Notes under the pieces: generated by a model
What the model was told of the DNA's origin: nothing
Seen by the model: only the letters and a program-made list of their open reading frames with translations
Databases searched by the model: none
In this document: one piece after another, positions 27,024 through 35,922 of the stretch
Numbering within the stretch: the stretch's first letter is position 1
How the letters are laid out: each line of letters begins with the position of its first letter
Position numbers and translations under genes: made by a program
NCBI GenBank assembly: GCA_963536495.1
Contig: CAUTAF010000008.1
Coordinates: 4,627 to 68,626, forward strand
DNA length: 64,000 nt
Reading direction: 5' to 3'
DNA from: an uncultured Eubacteriales bacterium
Lineage (GTDB): Bacteria > Bacillota_I > Bacilli_A > RF39 > UBA660

Positions 27024-27662
27024 TTATTCTTCTTCTAATATTTCATCAAATTCTTTGTCCACTTCATTTTCAACAAAATCATTTATTTTAAATCTTAAAT
27101 AACTCATAAGTTCTTTTGCTATCAGAGTTTCGTTTATTTTTTTACCATTTTCTATATTTTCATTCAATTTAAAATTTATAAAACTTATGATTTCTTTTGT
27201 AACTTTATTTTCATCTAAACATTTACTTTTTTTGTAAGACTTACTTACTTTTTTTATATATTTTTTTATTTGAGTTTCTAGTTTCATATCATCTAAATCA
27301 GAGTATTCTTCATCTTCGTCAATCTCTTCTATTTCATTTTTAAATATTTTGGCAATATCTAATCTCATTTTTTTTAAACATTCTTCTTTAAAATCATCTG
27401 TAAATTTTTCAGAATTTTCTTCAAAGACTTCTTCTAAAAGTTTTTCTGCTTTATTCTTAGAAATACCAAGAATATGTGCTGTTAAAAATAAAACAGAAAA
27501 AGGAATATTCAATGTACCTGTTTCATATTTTTTTACAGAAATCTCACTTCTCTCTATTTGTATAGCCAATTCTCTTTGACTAATTCCATAATTAGTTCTA
27601 ATCTTTTTTAAAAACAATGCCTTAACATAATTTAGGAAATAATCAATGTTTTTTTCTTCCAT
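27024..27662 (-). CDS. XRE-family HTH protein, family I
   Basis: KKIRTNYGISQRELAIQIERSEISVKKYETGTLNIPFSVLFLTAHILG, then an acidic helical C-terminal half. Confidence 0.75.
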   Translation of the reverse strand: MEEKNIDYFLNYVKALFLKKIRTNYGISQRELAIQIERSEISVKKYETGTLNIPFSVLFLTAHILGISKNKAEKLLEEVFEENSEKFTDDFKEECLKKMRLDIAKIFKNEIEEIDEDEEYSDLDDMKLETQIKKYIKKVSKSYKKSKCLDENKVTKEIISFINFKLNENIENGKKINETLIAKELMSYLRFKINDFVENEVDKEFDEILEEE

Positions 27663-27672
27663 ATTTTCTCCT

Positions 27673-27963
27673 CTATACTTCTTCTAATATTTCTTCAAAT
27701 GTTTCTTTTTCAATTACTTTTGAGTTTTCATCTTCTTCAATAAAATTGTTTATTTTAAACCTTAAATAATTTATAATTTCTTTTGCAAGTAGTTTTTCGT
27801 CAATTTTTCTTATAATGTTTTTATTATTTTTTTCATATTTCTTTATATATGCTTTTATTTGTTCTTTTAATCTAATTATGTCTAAAGGTTTATATTCACT
27901 TTCTTCATCAATTTCATCTAATACATTTTCAAGAGTTTTTTCAACGAAATCTCTTACATACAT
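27673..27963 (-). CDS. HTH-less paralogue of family I (C-terminal half only)
   Basis: The 96 aa align with the C-terminal halves of 27024.. and 28384.. (LDEIDEESEY, IKAYIKKYEK, LLAKEIINYLRFKINNF, FEEILEEV). It may be a truncated gene. No SD is visible. Confidence 0.45.
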   Translation of the reverse strand: MYVRDFVEKTLENVLDEIDEESEYKPLDIIRLKEQIKAYIKKYEKNNKNIIRKIDEKLLAKEIINYLRFKINNFIEEDENSKVIEKETFEEILEEV

Positions 27964-28250
27964 AAGTAGGAGATGAACTACTAAATATAATTTGTAAAAT
28001 TATAAATTATATAGTATAATATACATAGAACATTAGCAACTGAATATATGAAGTTAAGGCTAGTAATCAGTAGCCTTGTAAAATATTCACTGTATAGATA
28101 TATTGTTATATATCAAATGAATAACCATATTAAAAATAAATTATATCAGGGTAGGAACTATCCGAAGAGTTTGGTAAATATATATGGCTAGTAAAAGCAT
28201 ATACTTCCCAAAAAGCTCCCTCTTCTATAAGTGGGAGTAGTTCACCTCTA
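27964..28250 (-). ncRNA. candidate structured RNA / inserted element (unclassified)
   Basis: The segment is visibly G/C-richer than its flanks. A 13-bp closing helix pairs 27970-82 with 28236-48, and its single non-Watson-Crick pair is G.U only on the minus-strand transcript. Internal hairpins lie at 28056-77 (AAGGCTA-N8-TAGCCTT), 28216-37 (CTCCC-N12-GGGAG) and 28156-71, the last with a cUUCGg tetraloop on the minus strand. Confidence 0.4.
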
Positions 28251-28296
28251 AGAATTAATAAAAATAAAGAACTTTTACTTCTAAAAATTAATAAAG

Positions 28297-28371
28297 CTAT
28301 ATCTTTATGGGTGAAATTATAAATCTTTCTAATTTTTTTAAAAACTTAACATCTTTTTCCATTTCTTTCAT
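28297..28371 (-). CDS. 24-aa micro-ORF with strong RBS
   Basis: AAGGAG-7nt-ATG; MKEMEKDVKFLKKLERFIISPIKI. It sits directly after the stop of 28384..28935. Confidence 0.3.
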   Translation of the reverse strand: MKEMEKDVKFLKKLERFIISPIKI

Positions 28372-28383
28372 CTTTTTACTCCT

Positions 28384-28935
28384 TTATTCTTCTAATTCTT
28401 CGTCCTCTTCTTCAATATCAACAAAATTGTCTATTTTCCATTTTAAAAAACTCATAATTTCTTTTCCTATTAGAGTTTCATTTATTTTTTTACTGTTTTT
28501 ACTATATTTTTTATGTTTTCTTACAAAAATTTTTATTTGTTTTTCTAATTGCATTTCATCTAATTCATTATTTTCTGTATCTTCTTCAATTTCTTCAATT
28601 ATGTTTTCAAAAATTCTTTCAATTTCCAATTTCATTTTTTTAAAACTTTTTTCTTTTATTTCTATGGAAACATCTTCACTTTTTTCAATAATTTCATTCA
28701 AATAAGTTTCAATTTCTTTTCTTGAAATCTTTAATATATGAACAGTTAGAAATATTACTGAAAAAGGAATAGGAATAATTGCTGTTTCATATTTTCTAAC
28801 TGAAACCTCACTTCTATCTATTAATGTAGCCATTTCTCTTTGAGTAAACCCATATTCAGTTCTCATCTTTTTTAAAAGTAATCCTTTTACAGAATTAACA
28901 AAATTTAAAATATTTTCTTTTGTATTTTCTTTCAT
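28384..28935 (-). CDS. XRE-family HTH protein, family I
   Basis: KKMRTEYGFTQREMATLIDRSEVSVRKYETAIIPIPFSVIFLTVHIL. I chose the ATG at 28935 because it has AAGGAG 8 nt upstream. The track starts at 28968. Confidence 0.75.
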   Translation of the reverse strand: MKENTKENILNFVNSVKGLLLKKMRTEYGFTQREMATLIDRSEVSVRKYETAIIPIPFSVIFLTVHILKISRKEIETYLNEIIEKSEDVSIEIKEKSFKKMKLEIERIFENIIEEIEEDTENNELDEMQLEKQIKIFVRKHKKYSKNSKKINETLIGKEIMSFLKWKIDNFVDIEEEDEELEE

Positions 28936-28951
28936 AACATTCTCTCCTTTA

Positions 28952-29722
28952 TTAATCCTCATCATCATAATCGTAATAATTTCTATTAGCTTTTTCTTTT
29001 TCTATTTGAATTTCTTTTTCTATATCTTTTTCAATATTAGCAAGTGATTTAATTTCATAAGGTTTTATAATACATTCATTTATTTCGTTTTTTAAATTGT
29101 CGTATATCTTTTTTGAAATCAAATCTATATTTTTTTCATTTAAAACCTTTAAATCATAATTCATCATCAATCTAACCAAACTTTTATAATTCGTTTTTAT
29201 ATCTTCAACAATTTCTAAGTCTATATTTTTACTTTGAATAGTTCCTATATTTTTATTAATTAAATTAGGAAGAACAGGAATTGAAAATAATCCATTTTTT
29301 AAATCTCTTACCTTTACAATTTCCAAGTAAAAGTAGGTTTTTGAACCATAATAAAATTCATAACCTTTATAGATGTATAATTTATAAAAGTATAGTACAT
29401 CATATTTAGATTTATCATTAGCTTTTTCATTGTTACTTTCATTATTCTTTTTATCATTCTTTTGAATAACTTTTTCATAAGCTAAGGTATCTAAGAAATT
29501 TCTTTTAAAGGCTTTTTCATTAGTGTTAAGATATTTCAAGTTATTATTGTTTAAATCTTCTCCATCTATTTTATTTGTGAAAATTCTTAATCCAATAAAA
29601 TTATTTTCAACAACAGGATTATTCTCAGCTTTATTTTCTTTATTTGTTTTGTGAAACACTTTTTCAAGTTGTATCGTATTTATTTTTTCATCTTCTAAAT
29701 CTTCAATATTAAATTCTTTCAT
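28952..29722 (-). CDS. hypothetical protein, family J
   Basis: 256 aa; YLEIVKVRDLKNGLFSIPVLP; IKPYEIKSLANIEKDIE. Confidence 0.65.
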   Translation of the reverse strand: MKEFNIEDLEDEKINTIQLEKVFHKTNKENKAENNPVVENNFIGLRIFTNKIDGEDLNNNNLKYLNTNEKAFKRNFLDTLAYEKVIQKNDKKNNESNNEKANDKSKYDVLYFYKLYIYKGYEFYYGSKTYFYLEIVKVRDLKNGLFSIPVLPNLINKNIGTIQSKNIDLEIVEDIKTNYKSLVRLMMNYDLKVLNEKNIDLISKKIYDNLKNEINECIIKPYEIKSLANIEKDIEKEIQIEKEKANRNYYDYDDED

Positions 29723-29755
29723 TTTTTTATCTTTCCTTTCATCTCAAAATTTTAA

Positions 29756-30448
29756 TTATTGTTTTATTAATTTTCCTAAATCTTCTTCTAAAGTATTAAA
29801 GCCTTTTACTTCATAAGGTGTTATTTGATATTCTTCAAATCCTAATTCTTTAATTATATTAATTAATTCTTTTTTTATTTCGTCTTTTTTATCTATGCTG
29901 TACACCTTATACTTATTAGTTTTCAAAAATTCAAGTAATTTTTCATAATTAAATTCTTTTCCTAAATATGTTTCAGAGTTTAATTCGTAAAACTTTTCAT
30001 CTATTTTTTTATTATCAATGTATGCTCCTATAAAATATAAACCATTTTTTAAATCTTTTACTTCTATCATTTGTAATTGGATACAATATATGTTTTTACC
30101 ATTTATATCTTCGCTCTTTTTTATAATTATACGATATAGCTTTTTCCAATCTTCTTTATCTTCATTAAAAAGAGAATAAAGGTTATTATGATAAACTTCT
30201 TTATTCATATAATAATTTATTTTATTTTTTATTTTTTCAAAATTAGAAGTTAGATTTTTTAAATCATCATTGTTAAGAATTTGATTTATTTTTTTTATAT
30301 TCACTTCAATTCCTTGTTTTACTTCTACTCTATCTGACATATCCTTATAAGTATAAGTTAGTGGACTGATTGTTACTCTTTGCAATTCTAAATTAACAAC
30401 TTCTTTATCAGTTATTTTATAAGTTTTCATTTTCTGCTCCTTTTTCAA
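29756..30448 (-). CDS. hypothetical protein, family J
   Basis: 230 aa; IQLQMIEVKDLKNGLYFIGAYI; ITPYEVKGFNTLEEDLGK. Confidence 0.65.
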   Translation of the reverse strand: MKKEQKMKTYKITDKEVVNLELQRVTISPLTYTYKDMSDRVEVKQGIEVNIKKINQILNNDDLKNLTSNFEKIKNKINYYMNKEVYHNNLYSLFNEDKEDWKKLYRIIIKKSEDINGKNIYCIQLQMIEVKDLKNGLYFIGAYIDNKKIDEKFYELNSETYLGKEFNYEKLLEFLKTNKYKVYSIDKKDEIKKELINIIKELGFEEYQITPYEVKGFNTLEEDLGKLIKQ

Positions 30449-30650
30449 GTTCTTCTTTTCTTTCTTTCAAATCTTTTACTTCAAATCCATTATCACTTTC
30501 TTTTAAAAAATCATTTTTTGATTTAGGGTAAACTAAAATATTATATTTCTTTTTAGTTTTTTTTATTTTTAATAAGTTTTCTACTTCTTTTTGTTCTTTC
30601 TTTGATAAAGGTTTACTCATTATATAATCATAATCTATCATAATATTCAC
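30417..30650 (-). CDS. small hypothetical protein
   Basis: 77 aa, K/E-rich. It overlaps the downstream start by 32 nt. Confidence 0.5.
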   Translation of the reverse strand: MNIMIDYDYIMSKPLSKKEQKEVENLLKIKKTKKKYNILVYPKSKNDFLKESDNGFEVKDLKERKEELEKGAENENL

Positions 30651-30657
30651 TCCCCAT

Positions 30658-31074
30658 TCATTGATTTTTTATACAACAATATATGAAATCAAATTCATTT
30701 TCTTCTTCATCATCACTTTCTATTTGATATTTATAATTCATCTGAAAAGCTATCATTAGATAATTCACTTGATTTTCAATAATTTTCTTCTTTTCAACTA
30801 TTAAAGGATTTTGTATTAATTTGTTTTTGAAGTTATTCTTAAAAACCTTTTTTATTTTTGAAATCGTCAAATCCCAATTTCCTATATCAAATACATCATA
30901 CCAAATTTCGTTAGCATTTACATTATTCTCTGTCTTTATAACTACTGAAAAATTATCTATATTATCTTTTAAATAAGTTATATATCTTTTTATTTTCTTT
31001 TGAGTAGATATATGATAGTTATATTTTCTAATAAATTTATTATTTCTTTTCAATGTTATCTCCTGTATCATCAT
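30658..31074 (-). CDS. hypothetical protein
   Basis: 138-aa ORF in an operon of small genes. Confidence 0.55.
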   Translation of the reverse strand: MMIQEITLKRNNKFIRKYNYHISTQKKIKRYITYLKDNIDNFSVVIKTENNVNANEIWYDVFDIGNWDLTISKIKKVFKNNFKNKLIQNPLIVEKKKIIENQVNYLMIAFQMNYKYQIESDDEEENEFDFIYCCIKNQ

Positions 31075-31297
31075 AAAAAGCTACTAATTCACAATTATAT
31101 TCAAGAATTTGTTTGATAACTTCATCTAGGTTGTTCCCACTTTCTATATGATTTCTTTGTTGTTTTTTAGTCAATTTATCAAAAAAGGGATAATCTATTT
31201 CAAAATCATCAAGTTCTTTATTATAATAATAAATTTGATATAAAATATCTCCATTTTTATTTTTTATCTTATCTATTTGTACTTTTAACTTTTCCAT
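31040..31297 (-). CDS. small hypothetical protein
   Basis: 85-aa ORF. Confidence 0.5.
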   Translation of the reverse strand: MEKLKVQIDKIKNKNGDILYQIYYYNKELDDFEIDYPFFDKLTKKQQRNHIESGNNLDEVIKQILEYNCELVAFYDDTGDNIEKK

Positions 31298-31326
31298 ATT
31301 ATCCCCTTTCCTTATAAAATTAAGCC

Positions 31327-31605
31327 TTATCTTTTTAATTTTTCAACTTCTTCGTCCTCATCAAATTCTTCAAGAAAAATTTTATCTTTTTCATCTATAA
31401 TTTCAGAATTTGTATTCTCTGATTTTTCAATTTTTTTATTTTTATCATTAGTAAAATTGTTATTAAGGTTTTCATCAATTTCTTTAATGGTAGTATAAAA
31501 CAAAATATTTATTTTTTTTGGAAAATGATTTTTTGTTTCACTTTCTAATTGCTTTCGTTTTTCTTCTTGTAATTCACTACTCACAATATCATTCCAATCT
31601 TTCAT
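31327..31605 (-). CDS. small acidic hypothetical protein
   Basis: 92-aa ORF. Confidence 0.5.
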   Translation of the reverse strand: MKDWNDIVSSELQEEKRKQLESETKNHFPKKINILFYTTIKEIDENLNNNFTNDKNKKIEKSENTNSEIIDEKDKIFLEEFDEDEEVEKLKR

Positions 31606-31612
31606 AACTTAA

Positions 31613-31879
31613 TCACTTTTTCCTTTGTAATAATTTTTCAATTTTTTCCATTTTCTTTTCACTTTCTTTTTTTAAAACTTTATCCACTTTCTTGGCATAT
31701 TTACCTATAAAAGTTTCTAAATCTATATGAAACTGTTTCTTATCTTTTTCACTTAGTTTATCATATAAAGGACATAACAGTTCGATAATATGATTTTTCT
31801 TTTGTAATTCCTGTATGTGATTATAAACAAGCGTTGATTTGATATATTCTTCACTGAATAAATCTAAATTTCTTTCCAT
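31613..31879 (-). CDS. small hypothetical protein
   Basis: 88-aa ORF. Confidence 0.5.
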   Translation of the reverse strand: MERNLDLFSEEYIKSTLVYNHIQELQKKNHIIELLCPLYDKLSEKDKKQFHIDLETFIGKYAKKVDKVLKKESEKKMEKIEKLLQRKK

Positions 31880-31889
31880 TTTTTTCTCC

Positions 31890-32141
31890 TTAATTTAATT
31901 TTTTTTCTATACTCTCTACTTTTTCTTTTTCAATATTTAATAGTTCTTGATTTTTTGTTTTATAAGAATATCCAAACATTATTACAAATATAAATATTAT
32001 AAGAAAAATAACCCCATTTATTAGATTTTTTAGTTCTGGCTCATTTGAAAGTATTATTATTGATAATAATGTAATGATAAAAAATAACCCACCTACTGCC
32101 ATAATGCAATAACCTATCATTATTTTACTTGATAAATCCAT
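31890..32141 (-). CDS. small 2-TM membrane protein
   Basis: 83 aa; IMIGYCIMAVGGLFFIITLLSIIIL and GVIFLIIFIFVIMFGY. Confidence 0.55.
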   Translation of the reverse strand: MDLSSKIMIGYCIMAVGGLFFIITLLSIIILSNEPELKNLINGVIFLIIFIFVIMFGYSYKTKNQELLNIEKEKVESIEKKLN

Positions 32142-32152
32142 TTTTCCCCCTT

Positions 32153-32542
32153 TTAGAAAAGTGTTCCCTCAGTTGAAGTAGCTTTTAAAAACTCTTCTAA
32201 ATATTTTTTCTTTTCTTCTACTCTCTTTTCCCAATGCTTTATACTACTTTTGTTTTCTTTTTTAGTATTTCTTGCAACCTGTTCTATACAATATTTTAAA
32301 CTATCTTCTAAATTGTATATATCATCTTCAATTCTTCTAGTTGCCTCTCCAAAATTTCTATGCTTTCTAGCTTGATTTTTTATAAAGAATTTATGCTTTG
32401 TATTGACAGATATATTAGTGCCATTTACTTCATATATTCCATTATCATCTACAACACATTCTTTACAATAGAATTTATTATGTATTTCATAAAAATCTTC
32501 ATTATCATTTATTATCCCTTTACAATGTTCACAAAATAACAT
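32153..32542 (-). CDS. zinc-ribbon protein
   Basis: N-terminal CEHC...(18)...CKEC four-cysteine motif. 129 aa. Confidence 0.6.
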   Translation of the reverse strand: MLFCEHCKGIINDNEDFYEIHNKFYCKECVVDDNGIYEVNGTNISVNTKHKFFIKNQARKHRNFGEATRRIEDDIYNLEDSLKYCIEQVARNTKKENKSSIKHWEKRVEEKKKYLEEFLKATSTEGTLF

Positions 32543-32563
32543 TATTTATCATCTCCATTTCAT

Positions 32564-32872
32564 CTATTTAACAAGGTATATATCACTACAAAAACTTTTC
32601 CCATTTTCATATAAAGTTAAATCAACATAATCATTTTCTTTAAAGTTGAAAATAAGTTCATCTTTAAAGTTTATTCCCCACTTTTGAGTTACAATTTCTT
32701 TTCCTTGTTTTATAATAAGTAAAGGTACTGTACAATAGTGGTTGACATCTATATAAGGACATTTTTTGCCAATATTTTCTTTATAGATAGTCCATAATTC
32801 ATCTTTCGACATTCTTTTAAGTTCTTTTGTTTTAATAACTTTGGCACTTTTAGGTAATTTAATAGTTTCCAT
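32564..32872 (-). CDS. hypothetical protein
   Basis: 102-aa ORF. Confidence 0.55.
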   Translation of the reverse strand: METIKLPKSAKVIKTKELKRMSKDELWTIYKENIGKKCPYIDVNHYCTVPLLIIKQGKEIVTQKWGINFKDELIFNFKENDYVDLTLYENGKSFCSDIYLVK

Positions 32873-32905
32873 TATTCTTTTCCTCTTTCATTTTTTGTAT
32901 ATTTT

Positions 32906-33889
32906 TTAATCTTCTAATTTTTTAATAACTTCATTAAGAAAACTTTCATCTTTCTTTCCTACTGAATTTCCTTTATCAATCTTATCATAGATTTTCTTTA
33001 GTCTTTCATATTCATCAATAGTAATATGTTTTGAGTTCTTTCCTACAAATTTACAATTACTTGGTTTTCTATGCTTTCCAAAATCAGCTGGATTTATTTC
33101 ACCATAAATATGTTTTACTACACCACCTAATTTTTCAAATTCTTGTCTTTTCTTATATAGTGCATATACTGTTTCTATATCGTATTCTGTCTTTAAACTT
33201 CCTAAACCTTTACTCCAATTTTGGATAACATCTTCATTATCTGAATATAAAACCTTAGCACCTGTTCTTATAGCAATTTCTAATCCAAAATACATAGCGA
33301 TAGCCTCTGCATATTGAATTTCATTATCTTTTCCATAATTATTTAAAACTATACAATCATCTTCTTCTTTCCAATCTTTTTTTCTTAAAAAATATTGAAA
33401 TACTTCATATTCACTTTTATCTTCCTTGAAAATATCAAATAAAAGTTTTCCTTTAGAATTTGTTACTTTTATCGCTTTATACAAAGAAATGTAATCTCCT
33501 GCGTCGCAATAAATAGCATTTTCATCTAAGTGTATTTTTAAATTCAAATAATTTTTAATTGCTTTAAATTCGTCAAGTGTTAGTCTATGTTCTTCACTAA
33601 TTTCAGTTTCATCTTTATTAGTTAAGGCTAAATTAACTTTTATTTGTACTTTTTTCTTTAACTTATCTTGTTCTTGTTTGAAAAGTTCTTCAACTTTATC
33701 TTGTGATATATTTCCATAATGTTCTAAATATATTTGTGCTTTTCTTTCACAATCAAATATACTTTGACGACAAGGTACTTTTTTAAAACCCTTAAATTTT
33801 TCTTTTAGCATTTTTTTATTGCCTTTATGTATATATCCTTTATTTGTATTACCTAAAACATAAATAGCACGATATTTCTCATCACTCAT
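32906..33889 (-). CDS. RNase H1-like protein with N-terminal hybrid-binding (viroplasmin-like) domain
   Basis: The N-terminus (YRAIYVLGNTNKGYIHKGNKKMLKEKFKGFKKVPCRQSIFDCERKAQIYLE) resembles the RNase H1 HBD. Candidate DEDD residues are AIYCDAGD, YAEAIAMYFGLEIA, LYSDNEDVIQNW and INPADFG. Confidence 0.55.
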   Translation of the reverse strand: MSDEKYRAIYVLGNTNKGYIHKGNKKMLKEKFKGFKKVPCRQSIFDCERKAQIYLEHYGNISQDKVEELFKQEQDKLKKKVQIKVNLALTNKDETEISEEHRLTLDEFKAIKNYLNLKIHLDENAIYCDAGDYISLYKAIKVTNSKGKLLFDIFKEDKSEYEVFQYFLRKKDWKEEDDCIVLNNYGKDNEIQYAEAIAMYFGLEIAIRTGAKVLYSDNEDVIQNWSKGLGSLKTEYDIETVYALYKKRQEFEKLGGVVKHIYGEINPADFGKHRKPSNCKFVGKNSKHITIDEYERLKKIYDKIDKGNSVGKKDESFLNEVIKKLED

Positions 33890-33922
33890 TTTTAAACCCC
33901 CTTTCTTTTAGTTTTTTAATTT

Positions 33923-34480
33923 TTAAAATCTATTAAAGATAAATTGTCCATTGTCAACCAGTTTTTGTAAATTGCTTTTACAATTATCTTTCTTTTCATC
34001 TGAAATTTCTTCTGAAAAAACTTTTGCTACTTCTTCTTCTTTAACTTCTTCTTTAACTTCTTCTTCCTCTTCTACTTTATTTTGTTCTTCTGTTTTATCT
34101 TCTTCTTTTGCTAATTCTATTATTTTATCTTTTAAAGTCTTCGTTTTTTCAACTTTTTTTACTCTTTCTTCAACTGAAAACATATCTTTGTTTTTAATTC
34201 TCTTAATTTCTTTATCAAAAGCATTATTTAAAATACCTATCATTGCCATTACATTATCAAAAGTTGCTCCATTAAAATATTCATCTAGCTTTTCATAAAA
34301 ATTTTCTTTTACTTCTAATTTTTCTTTGATACCTAAAACAATGTCTTTAGTATCTTCAAGACTTTCTAAAAAACTTTCAATTTCTTTAGTAGAAACTCCA
34401 AAAGGAATATTCGTAAATTCACTTCTAATTTCTATTAAATTCTTTTCTAATTTCTTGTAATCAATTTTTTTCTCTAACAT
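33923..34480 (-). CDS. acidic hypothetical protein
   Basis: 185 aa and the first gene behind promoter P10. Confidence 0.6.
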   Translation of the reverse strand: MLEKKIDYKKLEKNLIEIRSEFTNIPFGVSTKEIESFLESLEDTKDIVLGIKEKLEVKENFYEKLDEYFNGATFDNVMAMIGILNNAFDKEIKRIKNKDMFSVEERVKKVEKTKTLKDKIIELAKEEDKTEEQNKVEEEEEVKEEVKEEEVAKVFSEEISDEKKDNCKSNLQKLVDNGQFIFNRF

Positions 34481-34517
34481 AAATTTTACCTACCTTTCAT
34501 CTAAATTTTATATCTAT

Positions 34518-34546
34518 ATTATACCATATAAGTTATAAAAAATCAA
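34518..34546 (-). promoter_or_regulatory. cassette promoter P10
   Basis: TTGATT-17-TATAAT with TGG (TATATGGTATAATATAGAT). Confidence 0.6.
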
Positions 34547-34553
34547 GTATTTT

Positions 34554-34567
34554 GGACAATGTTGTCC
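34554..34567. promoter_or_regulatory. palindromic operator-like site 7 nt upstream of the -35
   Basis: GGACAATGTTGTCC. It is 13/14 identical to the site at 41185..41198. Confidence 0.5.
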
Positions 34568-34617
34568 TTATAATATTATATTTATTATAAATGTTTTCTA
34601 TTAATATATTATATGAT

Positions 34618-34643
34618 AAAAGGCTAGTTATTTCTAACTAACC
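34618..34643 (-). terminator. intrinsic terminator after 34664..34843
   Basis: GGCTAGTTA-tttc-TAACTAACC (one G.U). The minus strand is followed by TTTT. Confidence 0.5.
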
Positions 34644-34663
34644 TTTACTTTTTATTTATATTT

Positions 34664-34843
34664 TTACTTTTTATCAATCTTTTTATCTAATTTTTCTTTT
34701 AAATTTAAAACTATTTCTTTTAATTTATCAAAATTAAGTGCTACCAAAATTCCTAAAATTAAAAGTCCTACAAAATTATCTACTAAAAGAAATAAAACTA
34801 TTCCTAAAATAAATATCAAATAGTATACCAATACTTTTTTCAT
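34664..34843 (-). CDS. 59-aa 2-TM membrane protein
   Basis: MKKVLVYYLIFILGIVLFLLVDNFVGLLILGILVALNFDKLKEIVLNLKEKLDKKIDKK. It is below the track cut-off and starts 5 nt after the stop of 34849... Confidence 0.45.
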   Translation of the reverse strand: MKKVLVYYLIFILGIVLFLLVDNFVGLLILGILVALNFDKLKEIVLNLKEKLDKKIDKK

Positions 34844-34848
34844 CTATA

Positions 34849-35352
34849 TCATTCCTTTTCTTTGTTTTCTTTGTTTTCTTTGTATTCAAAATCATTAGTT
34901 TTAACTAATTCAATTAACTTATCCACAAATTGTACCGATAATAATTCTTCAATTTCTTTCCCTTGTGTATAAAAATCATCATCTATTCTTTCTATTTTTA
35001 AATCAGGATAATCTTTTTTGATTATTTCTTTTGTGATAGGAGAATGAAAACTACCTTTTGACATTTCATAATATAAAAAATATAAATATTTTGTTTCACC
35101 ATAATAACTTTCAATTTTTTGTTTATGAATAAGTTTAGGTTTTAAAAATTTCTTTATAAGAAAATCTTTTTGATTATAATATTCATTCATTTTTTCAAAA
35201 TATCCATAATAATATTTAGTCCAGCTGTATTGATTTTTTTTATCCCTACAATTTTTTGCTCTTTTATTTAAAGAAAAGATACTATCATATAGCATATCAG
35301 ATGTTATTATTTTATTTTTTAAATTTTTAGAATATTCTTTATTAATTTTCAT
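34849..35352 (-). CDS. hypothetical protein
   Basis: 167-aa ORF. Confidence 0.6.
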   Translation of the reverse strand: MKINKEYSKNLKNKIITSDMLYDSIFSLNKRAKNCRDKKNQYSWTKYYYGYFEKMNEYYNQKDFLIKKFLKPKLIHKQKIESYYGETKYLYFLYYEMSKGSFHSPITKEIIKKDYPDLKIERIDDDFYTQGKEIEELLSVQFVDKLIELVKTNDFEYKENKENKEKE

Positions 35353-35397
35353 TTTTCATCTTACCCTTTATTTTATTTTTTAAATAGCATTTGAATT

Positions 35398-35814
35398 TCA
35401 TTCTTTAGAATTTAATTTTCCTACATTAAGAAAGAAACTATAATCATTAGAAATAGAATAAAAACAATCAAAGTCCAAAAATACATCAGTAAATTCTTTA
35501 GCTTTATCAAATTCTTTTTCTATGTAATTCTTTGTATTGAATTTTTCAAATTCTTCAGGAAAATCTTTTTCAGTTGTTAAAAAAGCCAAGAAAGGACTTT
35601 CCGTATTCTTTTCATAAAATTCTACAAATTTTTTTTTATTCTCATTTCCTACAATATGGCAAACTAGGTATTCTTCCAATCTTCTAGTTTCTTTTTCTTT
35701 CTGAAATAAAGATATTAGATTATCATATATCTTTTTGTTTGTTTTTTCATCTTTCCCTAATACTAAAACACTTTTCTTAGCTTTTATTGTGTCCATAATT
35801 TCATTAATAATCAT
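35398..35814 (-). CDS. hypothetical protein
   Basis: 138-aa ORF. Confidence 0.6.
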   Translation of the reverse strand: MIINEIMDTIKAKKSVLVLGKDEKTNKKIYDNLISLFQKEKETRRLEEYLVCHIVGNENKKKFVEFYEKNTESPFLAFLTTEKDFPEEFEKFNTKNYIEKEFDKAKEFTDVFLDFDCFYSISNDYSFFLNVGKLNSKE

Positions 35815-35849
35815 TCAATTCACTTTCCTTTCTTTGTTATATAATAATA

Positions 35850-35869
35850 GGTAGTTTCACTCAACTACC
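35850..35869 (-). terminator. weak terminator-like hairpin after flotillin gene
   Basis: GGTAGTT-tcactc-AACTACC. The following tract is U-rich but interrupted. Confidence 0.35.
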
Positions 35870-35922
35870 CATTACTATATTTTAATTTGTTCTTTTATTT
35901 TTTCATTTTTTATTATTGTTTA

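Noticed and set aside
27964-28250. Interpretations as a tRNA, tmRNA, group II intron remnant, retron msr/msd, type III antitoxin repeats or a group I intron splitting an HTH gene.
   Set aside because: - There is no cloverleaf and no domain V-like hairpin.
- There is no reverse transcriptase gene in the window.
- There are no tandem repeats.
- The upstream HTH gene (28384..28935) is complete, so there is no upstream exon to splice.
28255-28284. Dedicated promoter (TTAGAA-18-TATTAA) for the structured element.
   Set aside because: Both hexamers are weak and the spacer is 18 nt. Co-transcription from the upstream HTH gene explains the arrangement equally well.
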